Assembly: GCA_035708165.1 (NCBI GenBank)
Contig: DASSSZ010000006.1
Location: 179-64,178, forward strand
Length of the DNA: 64,000 nucleotides
Source of the DNA: Minisyncoccota bacterium
GTDB taxonomy: Bacteria; Patescibacteriota; Minisyncoccia; Phycocordibacterales; UBA2100
Reading direction: 5' to 3'
Shown here: positions 17,108 to 25,937 of the stretch, piece by piece
How positions within the stretch are numbered: position 1 is the first letter of the stretch
Layout: each line of letters begins with the position of its first letter
Translations under genes and position numbers: made by a program
Notes under the pieces: model-generated
What the model was told of the DNA's origin: nothing
The model's database searches: none
What the model saw: the letters and a program-made list of their open reading frames with translations, nothing else

Positions 17108-18775
17108 TCAGGCGTTGAGGTCGATGACGCGGCCGAGCTCGTCGAGGGAGGTGATGCCGCGCAGGACCTTCACCATGCCGTCCTGCGCCATCGAGCGGAT
17201 CTCCTGGTGCTTCGCGCCTTCCCAGATCTCGCGCTCGGTCGGGTTCTTGCGGAGGAGCTCTTCGATAGTGCGATCCATGACGATCGCCTCGACGATGGCG
17301 ATGCGTCCCTTATAGCCGATCCCCCCGCATTCTTCGCAGCCGGTCGCGGTCCACATGATGTCGCGGTTCCTGGGCGTGTCTTCCGGGTGGGGGATGTCAG
17401 CCATCAGGCGCTCCACGATATCCCGGTCCGTGCCGGCGATCGGCGTCGCGGCACGGCAGTGCGTGCACAGCTTGCGCACGAGGCGCTGCGCCATGGCGAT
17501 GTTGATCGAGGAGCCGAGGACTTCCGCCTCGATGCCGAAGTCGATGAGGCGCGGGAACGTGCCGGCGGCATCGTTCGTGTGCAGCGTGGAGAAGACGAGG
17601 TGGCCGGTGAGCGCGGCCTGCACGGCGGTCGTCGCCACTTCAGCGTCACGGATCTCGCCGACCATGATCACGTCCGGGTCCTGGCGCAGCGTCGAGCGCA
17701 ATCCCTGCGCGAACGAATAGTCCTTCGAGACCTGCGTCTGCACGATGCCTTCGAGGTGGTACTCGACCGGGTCTTCGATCGTGACGACCTTGTTCTCGGA
17801 CGAGTGCACCGCCGTCAGGAACGCGTAGAGCGTGGTCGTCTTGCCGGAGCCGGTCGGGCCGGTGTTGAGGATCATGCCGTTCGGCTTCTGGATCTCATGA
17901 GTGATGATGTCCATGAAGTAGGAATCGAAGCCGAGCTCCGGCATCGAGAGCGCGATCGTGGTCGGGTCGAGGATGCGCATCACGATGGTCTCCGCGTAGT
18001 TGCCCGGCAGGACCGAGGTGCGGATCTCGATCTCCTTATCGTTCACGATGATCGAGAGCCGCCCGTCCTGCGCGATGTCCTTGAGGTTGAGCTTGAGGCC
18101 GGAGAGCAGCTTGATGCGCGCGGCGACGAGCTCGTACGTCGCGTGGTCGAACTGCAGCACCTCATGGAGCACGCCGTCGAGACGGTAGCGCATGCGCACG
18201 AACGATTCCTCAGGCTCGAGATGCACGTCGGATGCGCCGAGCGAGAGCGCGCCTGCCATGATGACTTCGAGCACGTGCGAGATGCGGTGCGAATCCGTGC
18301 CCGCGATGTAGCGCTCCGCCTGCTCCTTCACGGAGTCGATCGAGTTGATCTCGTTGATCAGCTTCTGGATGGTCTCCTGCGAGATCGTAAGCACGCCCGC
18401 CTCGCTCTCGGTCGAGTAGGAGATGTCCTTATAGCGGTCCCACGCGCGCTCGAGAGATGCGCGTGAGACGATGAATCGGACGATGGAGTAGCCGAGCCGC
18501 TCGATCGACTGCAGCACGGCGAGCGAGTCCTGCCGCTCAGGCGCGCGCATCGCGACGAACACCTTCTTGCCGATCTTGCGGAAGAATGCGAGCTCGGCTT
18601 TCCGCGCGACATCCTCCGGCACGAGCGAGAGCGCATCAGCGTCGATCGAAGTGCGGGTGAGGTCGGTGTAGTCGATGCCGTATTTCTGCGAGAGCATCTG
18701 CGCGAGCTCCTCCTCCTCCTGGCCGCGGAGGTCATCGAGGCGGTCTTCCTGCTTCTTCTCGTCGAACTCGATCAT
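17108..18775 (-). CDS. pilB: Type IV pilus assembly ATPase PilB (GspE-family secretion ATPase)
   Basis: N1/N2 GSPII domains, Walker A GPTGSGKTTT, Asp/His boxes and the tetracysteine CTHC..CEEC zinc motif. The ATG at 18775 (MIEFDEKKQ..) is the start. The ORF-track extension to 19438 overlaps tsaE on the other strand and is not coding. Confidence 0.9.
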   Translation of the reverse strand: MIEFDEKKQEDRLDDLRGQEEEELAQMLSQKYGIDYTDLTRTSIDADALSLVPEDVARKAELAFFRKIGKKVFVAMRAPERQDSLAVLQSIERLGYSIVRFIVSRASLERAWDRYKDISYSTESEAGVLTISQETIQKLINEINSIDSVKEQAERYIAGTDSHRISHVLEVIMAGALSLGASDVHLEPEESFVRMRYRLDGVLHEVLQFDHATYELVAARIKLLSGLKLNLKDIAQDGRLSIIVNDKEIEIRTSVLPGNYAETIVMRILDPTTIALSMPELGFDSYFMDIITHEIQKPNGMILNTGPTGSGKTTTLYAFLTAVHSSENKVVTIEDPVEYHLEGIVQTQVSKDYSFAQGLRSTLRQDPDVIMVGEIRDAEVATTAVQAALTGHLVFSTLHTNDAAGTFPRLIDFGIEAEVLGSSINIAMAQRLVRKLCTHCRAATPIAGTDRDIVERLMADIPHPEDTPRNRDIMWTATGCEECGGIGYKGRIAIVEAIVMDRTIEELLRKNPTEREIWEGAKHQEIRSMAQDGMVKVLRGITSLDELGRVIDLNA

Positions 18776-18841
18776 GTTCCTATTGTATACGACCAGCGCT
18801 CGAAGGCCGCGGCCGGATGGGCAAAATGCTACAATTCCCCC

Positions 18842-19309
18842 ATGGCTGCAGGCGATGCGGACAGCGACGTGGTCACGAAGGACGAGCTCGAGGCGGAAGC
18901 CGCGCGGCTTGCCGATGAGGTGCGCAGAGCGGCTCCCGCAGGGCACGCGGCAGTGATCGCGCTTTCGGGCGATCTCGGCAGCGGCAAGACGACCTTCGCA
19001 CAGGCGTTCGCGCGAGCGCTCGGCATCGAGGCGCATGTGACCAGCCCGACGTTCGTCATCGAGAAGCGCTACCCCGTGCCGCAGGCGGGCAAGCACGCGT
19101 TCCGCACGTTCGTGCATGTCGATGCGTACCGCCTCGATGACCCGAAGGAGCTCGCGCAGCTCGGCTGGCACGGCACGATCGACGACCCGTCGAACATCGT
19201 CCTCATCGAGTGGGCGGACAAGGTGGCTTCCCTCCTGCCGGACGATGCGTATCGCATCGCGCTCGCGTTCCGCGACGAGCGCACGCGCACTCTCACCTAT
19301 GGCGACTAA
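18842..19309 (+). CDS. tsaE: tRNA threonylcarbamoyladenosine biosynthesis protein TsaE (YjeE)
   Basis: P-loop GDLGSGKTTFAQAFARALG and the SPTF.. motif; 155 aa. Confidence 0.85.
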   Translation: MAAGDADSDVVTKDELEAEAARLADEVRRAAPAGHAAVIALSGDLGSGKTTFAQAFARALGIEAHVTSPTFVIEKRYPVPQAGKHAFRTFVHVDAYRLDDPKELAQLGWHGTIDDPSNIVLIEWADKVASLLPDDAYRIALAFRDERTRTLTYGD

Positions 19310-21812
19310 GAAGACGGCACCGAAGGCGGCGAAGAACGCAGCGGCGAAACGCGCGCCGAAGCGCGTACCAACGACGAAGGATGCGTCCGCGAAGAAGCCT
19401 GCGCATGCGCTCGCGGGCGCGAAGCGCCCGCGGGTCATCCTCCTCGATTCTCACGCGATCATGCATCGCGCGTACCACGCGCTGCCGGAGTTCACTTCCG
19501 ACTCCGGCGAGCCGACGGGCGCCCTCTACGGGCTCGTCTCGATGCTGGTGAAGATGGTGCACGACCTCTCGCCCGAGTACATCATCGCGGCATACGACCT
19601 GCCGGGCGGCACCCACCGCCATGAGGTGTACGAGGAGTACAAGGGTACGCGCGGCCCGCTCGATGACGCGCTCGCGCGACAGCTCAACCGCGCACCCGAG
19701 GTGTACGAGGCATTCGGCATCCCGGCGATCGGCGTCAAAGGGTTCGAGGCGGATGACATCCTCGGCACGCTCGCGCACCGCCTGCGCGATACGACCGAAG
19801 CCGACGTCATCATCGCGACCGGCGATCACGACACGCTGCAGCTCGTAGATGATTCGCGCGTGCGCGTGTACACCTTGCGCAAGGGCCTTGCGGACACCGT
19901 GCTCTACGACGCGGATGCCGTGCGCGAACGCTACGGGTTCGGGCCGGAGCACATCGCCGATTACAAGGGGCTCGCCGGGGACCCGTCCGATAACATCAAG
20001 GGCGTGAAGGGGATCGGGCAGAAGAGCGCGACCGAGCTCATCGCCGCATTCGGGGGGATCGAGGATATCTACCGCGTGCTCGAGGCGCATCCCGAGCGGT
20101 TCGCCGAGGCGGGCATCAAGCCGCGCGTGCAGTCGCTCCTCATCGAAGGGAAGGACGATGCGATCTTCAGCAAGATGCTCGCGACCATCCGGACCGATGC
20201 GCCGGTCGTCTACGAACTGCCGAAGGAGACATGGCGCGAGAGTTTCGACGTATCCCGCGCGCTCACGCTCTGCGATGATCTCGGATTCCGCTCGCTCGGC
20301 GGCCGGGTGCGCTCGCTCACGCCCGGGATCGCATTCGACCGCGAGCAGGATGCCGCGGACGCGGACGCGGCCAGCGCGGATGATCCGCGCGAGCTCGCCG
20401 AGGCGAAGGTGATGCTCTGGCTCCTGCACTCCGATATGACGAACCCCGATCGCGAGGATGTCCTGCGCGCGACCAAGACGAAGACGCTCGGCGAGGCGCA
20501 CGCCGCGCTCCTGCAAAGCCTGCGCGCGACCGGCCGCCTCGCGCGCGTCTACGAAGAGATCGAGAAGCCGCTCATCCCGATCGTCCTCTCCATGCACGAG
20601 CTCGGGATCGTCGTCGACAGCGCGTATCTCGGCAGGCTCTCCTCGCGCTACCACGCCGAGCTCGAGACGATCGTTTCGCGCATCTATGAGCTCGCCGGCC
20701 ACGAGTTCAATCTCAACTCGCCGCGCCAGCTCGGCACGGTCCTCTTCGATGAGCTCGGGCTGGGGCAGGGGGGTGCCAAGAAGAAGACGGCGACCGGCCA
20801 GCGCTCGACGCGCGAGGACGAGCTCGCGAAGCTCGCCGGCGAGCACGAGATCATCGGCAAGATCCTCGAATACCGCGAGCTGCAGAAGCTGCTCTCGACC
20901 TACATCGACAACCTGCCCTCCATGGTCGCGGCGGACGGCCGGCTCCATGCGCGGTTCCTGCAGGAGGGCACGACGACCGGCCGCATGGCGAGCGCTGATC
21001 CCAACCTGCAGAACATCCCCACGAAGCCCGGCTACGGCAAGCCGATCCGCGATGCGTTCCGCGCGAGCGAAGGCTACCAGCTCGTCGCGATCGACTACTC
21101 GCAGATCGAGCTTCGGATCGCAGCAGGACTCTCCGGCGACGAACGGCTCATCGAGGTGTTCCGCGAGGGCGGCGATATCCATCGATCCGTCGCGTCGCGC
21201 GTGTTCGGCGTGCCGCCGGAGAATGTGGACGCTGAGATGCGCCGGCGTGCGAAGGTCATCAACTTCGGGATCCTCTACGGCATGGGCGTGAACGCCTTGC
21301 GCGCGAATCTCGGAGACGCGGTCTCGCGCGCGGACGCGGCAGCGTACCTCGCCGGCTACTTCGCGAACTACGCGGGCCTCGCGGCGTACATCGAGCGCGT
21401 GAAGGCCGACGCGGCCCGCCTCGGCTACACCGAGACGCTCTTCGGCAGGCGACGCAGCTTCGCCGGCTTCGACTCGCCGCTGCCGTACGTGCGTGCGGCA
21501 GCCGAGCGCATGGCGGTGAACGCGCCCATCCAGGGTACGCAGGCCGATATCATCAAGCTCGCGATGGTCCGTGCCGACCGGGCGCTCGCCGAGGAAGGCG
21601 CGTCCCTCGATGCGCGGCTCCTCTTGCAGGTGCACGACGAGCTCGTCTACGAGATCATGGACGCGCGCGTGCACGAGCTCGCGAAGCTGATCCGCGGCAT
21701 CATGGAGTCGGTCGCTCCCGAAGACGGCCTCTCAGGCGTTCCGATCATCGCCGAGGTCTCGGCCGGGAAGACCTGGGGATCGCTCTCGCGCATCGAGCGG
21801 AAGGATCTCTGA
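19299..21812 (+). CDS. polA: DNA polymerase I (5'-3' exonuclease + polymerase domains; no obvious intact 3'-5' proofreading motifs noted)
   Basis: ATG at 19299 (MATKKTAPK..), overlapping the tsaE stop by 11 nt. FEN-like N-terminus (LLDSHAIMHRAYHA..), polymerase motifs (..DYSQIELRI.., ..QVHDELV..). The ORF track start at 19116 is an over-extension. Confidence 0.95.
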   Translation: MATKKTAPKAAKNAAAKRAPKRVPTTKDASAKKPAHALAGAKRPRVILLDSHAIMHRAYHALPEFTSDSGEPTGALYGLVSMLVKMVHDLSPEYIIAAYDLPGGTHRHEVYEEYKGTRGPLDDALARQLNRAPEVYEAFGIPAIGVKGFEADDILGTLAHRLRDTTEADVIIATGDHDTLQLVDDSRVRVYTLRKGLADTVLYDADAVRERYGFGPEHIADYKGLAGDPSDNIKGVKGIGQKSATELIAAFGGIEDIYRVLEAHPERFAEAGIKPRVQSLLIEGKDDAIFSKMLATIRTDAPVVYELPKETWRESFDVSRALTLCDDLGFRSLGGRVRSLTPGIAFDREQDAADADAASADDPRELAEAKVMLWLLHSDMTNPDREDVLRATKTKTLGEAHAALLQSLRATGRLARVYEEIEKPLIPIVLSMHELGIVVDSAYLGRLSSRYHAELETIVSRIYELAGHEFNLNSPRQLGTVLFDELGLGQGGAKKKTATGQRSTREDELAKLAGEHEIIGKILEYRELQKLLSTYIDNLPSMVAADGRLHARFLQEGTTTGRMASADPNLQNIPTKPGYGKPIRDAFRASEGYQLVAIDYSQIELRIAAGLSGDERLIEVFREGGDIHRSVASRVFGVPPENVDAEMRRRAKVINFGILYGMGVNALRANLGDAVSRADAAAYLAGYFANYAGLAAYIERVKADAARLGYTETLFGRRRSFAGFDSPLPYVRAAAERMAVNAPIQGTQADIIKLAMVRADRALAEEGASLDARLLLQVHDELVYEIMDARVHELAKLIRGIMESVAPEDGLSGVPIIAEVSAGKTWGSLSRIERKDL

Positions 21813-21830
21813 TCGGCCGCATCCATTTGC

Positions 21831-22544
21831 ATGCTTTACGTCTACTACGGCACTGATACGGGCAAGACGCTCGACGCGATGATGGCAGCGGCGAAGAAGC
21901 TGCACGACCGCGCGCCGGAGGCGGCGATCGAGCGCATCACGCAGGAGGATGAGACGCTCGACCTCGAGACGCTCCTCGCGAGCCAAGGGCTCTTCCATGC
22001 GGCACGCGTCGTGATGCTCGACGCGCTCTTCGCCGATGCGGCACGCAAGCAGGCGATCCTCGATGCGCTCCCGGCGCTCGCGTCGAGCGAGCACATCTTC
22101 TTCATCCGCGAGGGGAAGCTGCTCGCGCCGGAGAAGAAGAAGCTCGAGAAGCATGCCGCGAAGGTGACCGTCTATGACGTTCCGGAAGCGAAGAAGGCCG
22201 ATGCGTTCAATCGCTTCGCGCTCGCCGACGCGCTGATGGCAGGCGACAAGAAGCAGCTCTGGCTCGCGTACCAGGAAGCGCTCGCTGCGGGCGCGGCGCC
22301 CGAAGAGCTGCACGGCATCCTCTTCATGGGTGCGAAGAACCTCGTGCTCGCTGCCGGTGCGGCCTCTGCCGAAGCGGCAGGCATGCATCCGTTCGCGTTC
22401 GGCAAGGCGAAGCGCGCGGCTGCTGCGCGGGCGCCGGGCGCATCGCGCGCGCTCCTCGCCGCGCTCGCCGCGCTCCCGCACGAAGCGCGCCGCCGCGGCG
22501 TCGAGCTCGAGTATGCGCTCGAGCTTTTCATCCTCGCGCGCTGA
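21831..22544 (+). CDS. DNA polymerase III delta subunit (HolA)-like protein
   Basis: 237 aa, N-terminus MLYVYYGTD.. resembling the HolA start (..LY..YGED..). It lacks a Walker A motif. It follows polA and precedes the secreted-protein gene. Confidence 0.4.
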   Translation: MLYVYYGTDTGKTLDAMMAAAKKLHDRAPEAAIERITQEDETLDLETLLASQGLFHAARVVMLDALFADAARKQAILDALPALASSEHIFFIREGKLLAPEKKKLEKHAAKVTVYDVPEAKKADAFNRFALADALMAGDKKQLWLAYQEALAAGAAPEELHGILFMGAKNLVLAAGAASAEAAGMHPFAFGKAKRAAAARAPGASRALLAALAALPHEARRRGVELEYALELFILAR

Positions 22545-22575
22545 TGCGCGTGCAGCTGCGTGCTAGAGTAATGGC

Positions 22576-24276
22576 ATGGAACGGGAACCGATCGCGAGCG
22601 CGGGAGCGCGCGGAATCCTCCTCGTCGCAGCGCTCTTCGCGCTTTCGCTCCCCGCCAGCGCGCACGCGCAGGCGAACACGGCGAACTACTGCATCACGAG
22701 CACGAGCCCGGTCCGCGCGGAGACTATTCCCTGGACGCCCACGCAGTGCTGCAACACGGGCCCTGACGGCGAGGCGAGCGCGATCCAGTTCAGCGCGCAG
22801 TGCAGCTTCGGCGGCACGATCAGCGAATCGAACGGCACATCGGGCGCGAGCGGCGGCGGCGGGGGCGGCGGAGGGTCTTCGCAGATCCAGCAGGTCTTAG
22901 GACAGGTCATCCAGCAGCTGATGAAGCAGACGCCTTCGCAGATGGGGACGGCGGGGCAGTGCGGCTCGTCGCTCTCCGGCGTGACCAGCGCGACCGAAGG
23001 CGATCCCCGCTACTGCTCGATCGTCGTGCTCACGCCATGCCCCATCATCATAAAGGTGAGCAAGAACGAATTCAGCGGCAACTGCCCCGATCAGGCCATG
23101 GCGCTCGGCGGCCAGGTCTCCGGCATCGGCTCCCAGCTCTCGGGACTCATCCAGAACGTGATGAAGGGCGTCGTGACGAACCTCGTCGGCTCGATCATCG
23201 GCGGCTTGGGCGGCGGTGGCGGGAGCGGCGGCGCGGCATACCCGACCGGGAGCACGGTGGTCGGCACCGGGACCGGCGACTCGAATCTCTACACCGACAC
23301 GAGCGGCTACAGCACCGGCGCGAACAGCTCGGCGGACATCAGCCAGCTCCTGCAGGACATCCTCAATGGCTCGGCCGGGAGTGGCACGGATACGGGAGTA
23401 TCCGGAACCTCAGGGACGAGCGGCGGCACGGATACGGGCACGTCGGGTTCTGACACGGGAACGTCCGGCACCTCCGGCATATCGGGAACGTCCGGCATAT
23501 CCGGCATATCCGGCACGAGCGGCACAAGCGCGGGTACGCAAGGCAACAGCTCGAGCGGCGTCGTAATCCCGCCGCCGCCATCGTACTTCACGGGCGAGGC
23601 GGGGCAGTCATCGTCCGCCCCGGCCGCGTCGAGCGCGGGCACGGCGCAGAGCGGCGTCGTCGGGAATGTCTGCGCATCGCGGCCGTGGGCGAGCGGCATC
23701 ATCTCGTCGGTCATTCCGACTTCCTTCTTCGACAGCCTCTGCTCGCTCTGGAACGGCGCAGGAAGCGATACGGGCGCAGGGGCGCCGCAATCGCAGACGT
23801 TCGCACCCGATGTCGTCGTACGCGGCATCTCCTGCCCGGCTGTCGCCCGGCCCGGGGTGCCCGTGCGGATCAGCTGGACGTGCGGGCCGCGCGCGACGCT
23901 CTCCGCCGTAGCCGGCTTCACGCTCGCGAACAAGAATCTGACATCCATAATGGTGACGCCGGCCCAGGCGAGCCAGGTCTACGGCATCCAGTGCTCCGAC
24001 GGCTTCGAGAGCGTGTGCACCGTGAACACGATCGATCCGAAGGTACAGCTCGTCGCGACGCCGGCGCATGTGCGCGTCGGATCGCGCACGAGCCTCGCGT
24101 GGGTCTCGCAGGACGTGCAATCGTGCGAAGTCACGGGCCCCTCGATGGATCAGACCGACCTCTACGGCAACGCACAGACGGGTCCCATCACGCAGCCGAC
24201 GACCTTCACCGCGACGTGCAAGACGGCGGCCGGCGAGACCGTCTCGGATTCGGTGACGGTGGATTTCGCGCAGTAA
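22576..24276 (+). CDS. Secreted cysteine-containing Gly/Ser/Thr-rich low-complexity protein with C-terminal tandem beta-domains (paralogous module to the C-terminus of the 29020..33297 protein)
   Basis: Signal peptide ..LLVAALFALSLPASAHAQA. Poly-Gly (GGGGGGGG) and TSGTSGISGTSGISG repeats. C-terminus ..IQCSDGFESVCTVNTIDPKVQLVATPAHVRVGSRTSLAWVSQDVQSCEV.. matches ..VGCSDGTSNSCQVRVLHPLVTLVAFPEAVARGASAQIGWSGADVVACAL.. of the giant protein. Confidence 0.5.
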   Translation: MEREPIASAGARGILLVAALFALSLPASAHAQANTANYCITSTSPVRAETIPWTPTQCCNTGPDGEASAIQFSAQCSFGGTISESNGTSGASGGGGGGGGSSQIQQVLGQVIQQLMKQTPSQMGTAGQCGSSLSGVTSATEGDPRYCSIVVLTPCPIIIKVSKNEFSGNCPDQAMALGGQVSGIGSQLSGLIQNVMKGVVTNLVGSIIGGLGGGGGSGGAAYPTGSTVVGTGTGDSNLYTDTSGYSTGANSSADISQLLQDILNGSAGSGTDTGVSGTSGTSGGTDTGTSGSDTGTSGTSGISGTSGISGISGTSGTSAGTQGNSSSGVVIPPPPSYFTGEAGQSSSAPAASSAGTAQSGVVGNVCASRPWASGIISSVIPTSFFDSLCSLWNGAGSDTGAGAPQSQTFAPDVVVRGISCPAVARPGVPVRISWTCGPRATLSAVAGFTLANKNLTSIMVTPAQASQVYGIQCSDGFESVCTVNTIDPKVQLVATPAHVRVGSRTSLAWVSQDVQSCEVTGPSMDQTDLYGNAQTGPITQPTTFTATCKTAAGETVSDSVTVDFAQ

Positions 24277-24353
24277 GCGGACGCGGCGCGGGCCGTCCCG
24301 GACATCGCTCGAAAGAATGCCGGATACGATGTATCCTTACTCCGTCCTCACTC

Positions 24354-24426
24354 CCGCCCGTAGCTCAGTCGGTAGAGCAGTGGCCTTTTAAGCCAACGGT
24401 CGATGGTTCGAGTCCATCCGGGCGGA
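24354..24426 (+). tRNA. tRNA-Lys (anticodon UUU)
   Basis: Manual cloverleaf: acceptor ccgcccg/cgggcgg, D-arm gctc-agtcggta-gagc, anticodon stem gtggc/gccaa with loop cttttaa, T-arm gatgg-ttcgagt-ccatc. CCA is not encoded. Confidence 0.85.
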
Positions 24427-24435
24427 CAGCAATGG

Positions 24436-24465
24436 CAAGACGGCGCTCCAAGGAGCGCCGTCTTG
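24436..24465 (+). terminator. 14-bp stem hairpin 3' of tRNA-Lys (processing or terminator element; no U-tract)
   Basis: caagacggcgctcc-aa-ggagcgccgtcttg. The same AGACGGCGC...GCGCCGTCT core recurs in the rpsT terminator. Confidence 0.35.
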
Positions 24466-24484
24466 CGTGGGAGCCGTGCGCGCA

Positions 24485-24832
24485 TCAGAGCGGCAGGTCG
24501 AATGCGAAGAATCCGGCGCCGCCGACGAGGACGGTGAGCGCGATCGCGCCGGCAAGCAGGATCGTGGAGAGCGGGTACGGGCGCGCCTTCGGCAGCGCGA
24601 GCCAGAGCGCGAACAGGAGGAGCGCCGCGATCGCGGCGGCTTGGGTCCAGATCCCGAACGCAAGCCCGATCACGATCACTCCCTCGATCCCGATGAGGAG
24701 GCGCGAAAGGACGCCGCGGGAGTCCGGCCATGACTCGATGATGCCGACGGCGATAAGCGCTGCGAGCACGCCGCGCAGGAGCGTGAAGCACAGCGGAGTG
24801 AGGAAGAAGAGCTGGGGCAAGAGGGAGAGCAT
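24485..24832 (-). CDS. Small integral membrane protein (DoxX-like topology), hypothetical
   Basis: 115 aa with 3-4 predicted TM helices; no catalytic motifs. Confidence 0.35.
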   Translation of the reverse strand: MLSLLPQLFFLTPLCFTLLRGVLAALIAVGIIESWPDSRGVLSRLLIGIEGVIVIGLAFGIWTQAAAIAALLLFALWLALPKARPYPLSTILLAGAIALTVLVGGAGFFAFDLPL

Positions 24833-24862
24833 GAAGAGTACACTATAGCGCCTTGGGGCCGA

Positions 24863-24892
24863 GCATGCTACTGAGCATGCTCAGTAGCATGC
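24863..24892. repeat. Perfect 30-bp palindrome built from GCATGC units in the intergenic region
   Basis: gcatgctactgagcatgctcagtagcatgc equals its own reverse complement. It lies between the stop of the LTD-protein gene and the start of the small membrane protein gene. Confidence 0.6.
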
Positions 24893-24924
24893 GCATATGG
24901 ATACGGGGCATGCTACGTAACACG

Positions 24925-25908
24925 CTAATACGAGAGCACGTCGACGGTGCGGCCGGACGGGTCGAGGAGCCGGATCACATCGTGCGACGGGTTCCAGAGC
25001 GGTTGCGCGCTGCCGAGGTAGACGCGCCAGGCTGTCCCGGCGAAGCCGCTGTCCCATTGGTGCCTGTCGATGCAGCCATTATATGAGAGCGCGCCCGTGA
25101 CGAAGCTGCGGCACGCATCCGAGAGGCCTGCCGGGAACGAATCGAGGTGGTACGAGCACGACGGCAGGGTCGCGACGTAGTCCACGCATGATGCGCCGTA
25201 CATCTGCAGGTTATCGAGCGTGTCCGGCAGCTCGGACTGCGGCGTCGGGCAGCGGTTCGAAAGGGAGGGAACGAAGTCGCGGAACTGAGCGAGGTACCCT
25301 GAGCACTCATTCTCCTGGAACGAGATGCCGACAGGCGAGACGCCGGAGGCGATGATCGCGGAGCCCCCGGGCGCGAGCGTGATATCCGAGAGCGCCGGGA
25401 CCGCGCCGAGGCGCAGCACGGCAGTGCCGGACGGGAGCGGGATGACGCGGCCGGTGACCGCGCTCTCGAGCGACCAGCCGGCGAGGTCGACGGGCGCCGT
25501 CGCGGTGGCGGAAGCCGTAATCGTCACGTACTCGCTGTCAGGGTCCGCGCTGCCGGCGCCATGGGGCGCGCCTGCAGCCGCGAAGGATACCTCACCGCGC
25601 AGAGGCGATTGCTGCCCGAATTCCTTGGCGCGCTCGATCCGCTTCGCGTCCGCATCCGATCCGGCCGTCCCCGAGCCGCCCTCGACCCATACCGTCGTCC
25701 CGTCGGCGTTCACCTGGGGGACTGCCGGGGCCATGGCCGCCGGCGTGAATGAGACGGGCTTGCCTTTCTGCGATTCGAGATAGCCGGCCACCGGATTCTG
25801 GTACCCGGCAGCAGCATCCTTGATGCGCGCCCACGCGCCGCCGGCGAGCCAGAGATAGGCGCCGATCGCGATCGCGAGCAGGAAGAGGATGGCGAGGAAA
25901 CGGCCCAT
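24925..25908 (-). CDS. Membrane-anchored secreted protein with a lamin-tail-like (LTD) beta-sandwich domain, Cys-rich C-terminus
   Basis: N-terminal TM/signal (MGRFLAILFLLAIAIGAYLWLAG). LTD-like ..DPDSEYVTITASATATAPVDLAGWSLES..GRVIPLP... Eight or more Cys in the C-terminal 120 aa. Confidence 0.45.
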   Translation of the reverse strand: MGRFLAILFLLAIAIGAYLWLAGGAWARIKDAAAGYQNPVAGYLESQKGKPVSFTPAAMAPAVPQVNADGTTVWVEGGSGTAGSDADAKRIERAKEFGQQSPLRGEVSFAAAGAPHGAGSADPDSEYVTITASATATAPVDLAGWSLESAVTGRVIPLPSGTAVLRLGAVPALSDITLAPGGSAIIASGVSPVGISFQENECSGYLAQFRDFVPSLSNRCPTPQSELPDTLDNLQMYGASCVDYVATLPSCSYHLDSFPAGLSDACRSFVTGALSYNGCIDRHQWDSGFAGTAWRVYLGSAQPLWNPSHDVIRLLDPSGRTVDVLSY

Positions 25909-25937
25909 GCGCGGTCAGTATAGCAGAGGCGGAAGTG

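Noticed and set aside
18776-19438. N-terminal 221-codon extension of the pilB ORF (and analogous extensions: HK to 41293, ruvB to 16760, DedA ORF to 52893, dnaN from 5787, uppS from 46942, rplS from 48456, polA from 19116)
   Set aside because: The extensions lack homology and overlap neighbouring genes or tRNAs. Conserved protein N-termini begin at internal ATGs, often with an RBS-like sequence.
19293-21674. 793-aa minus-strand ORF antisense to polA (similar cases: 17207..18466 antisense to pilB; 38906..40450 antisense to the histidine kinase; 56725..58095 antisense to the ThyX-like gene; 58053..59180 antisense to dcd; 63048..63914 antisense to argS; 11336..11965 and 12602..13570 antisense to the RM gene)
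   Set aside because: High GC suppresses stop codons on the opposite strand. The translations are Arg/Asp/Glu-rich with no recognisable domains, whereas the sense-strand genes carry unambiguous motifs.
22544-22575. Possibility that holA-like and the downstream secreted-protein gene are fused or frameshifted
   Set aside because: There is a clear stop at 22544, and a new ATG with a signal peptide at 22576. The two have different predicted localisation.
23380-23560. Short tandem nucleotide repeats (tccggcacctccggcatatcgggaacgtccggcatatccggc...) considered as a possible CRISPR or VNTR array
   Set aside because: They are in-frame within the secreted protein and encode TSGTSGISG peptide repeats. 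There are no spacer-like unique sequences and no cas genes.
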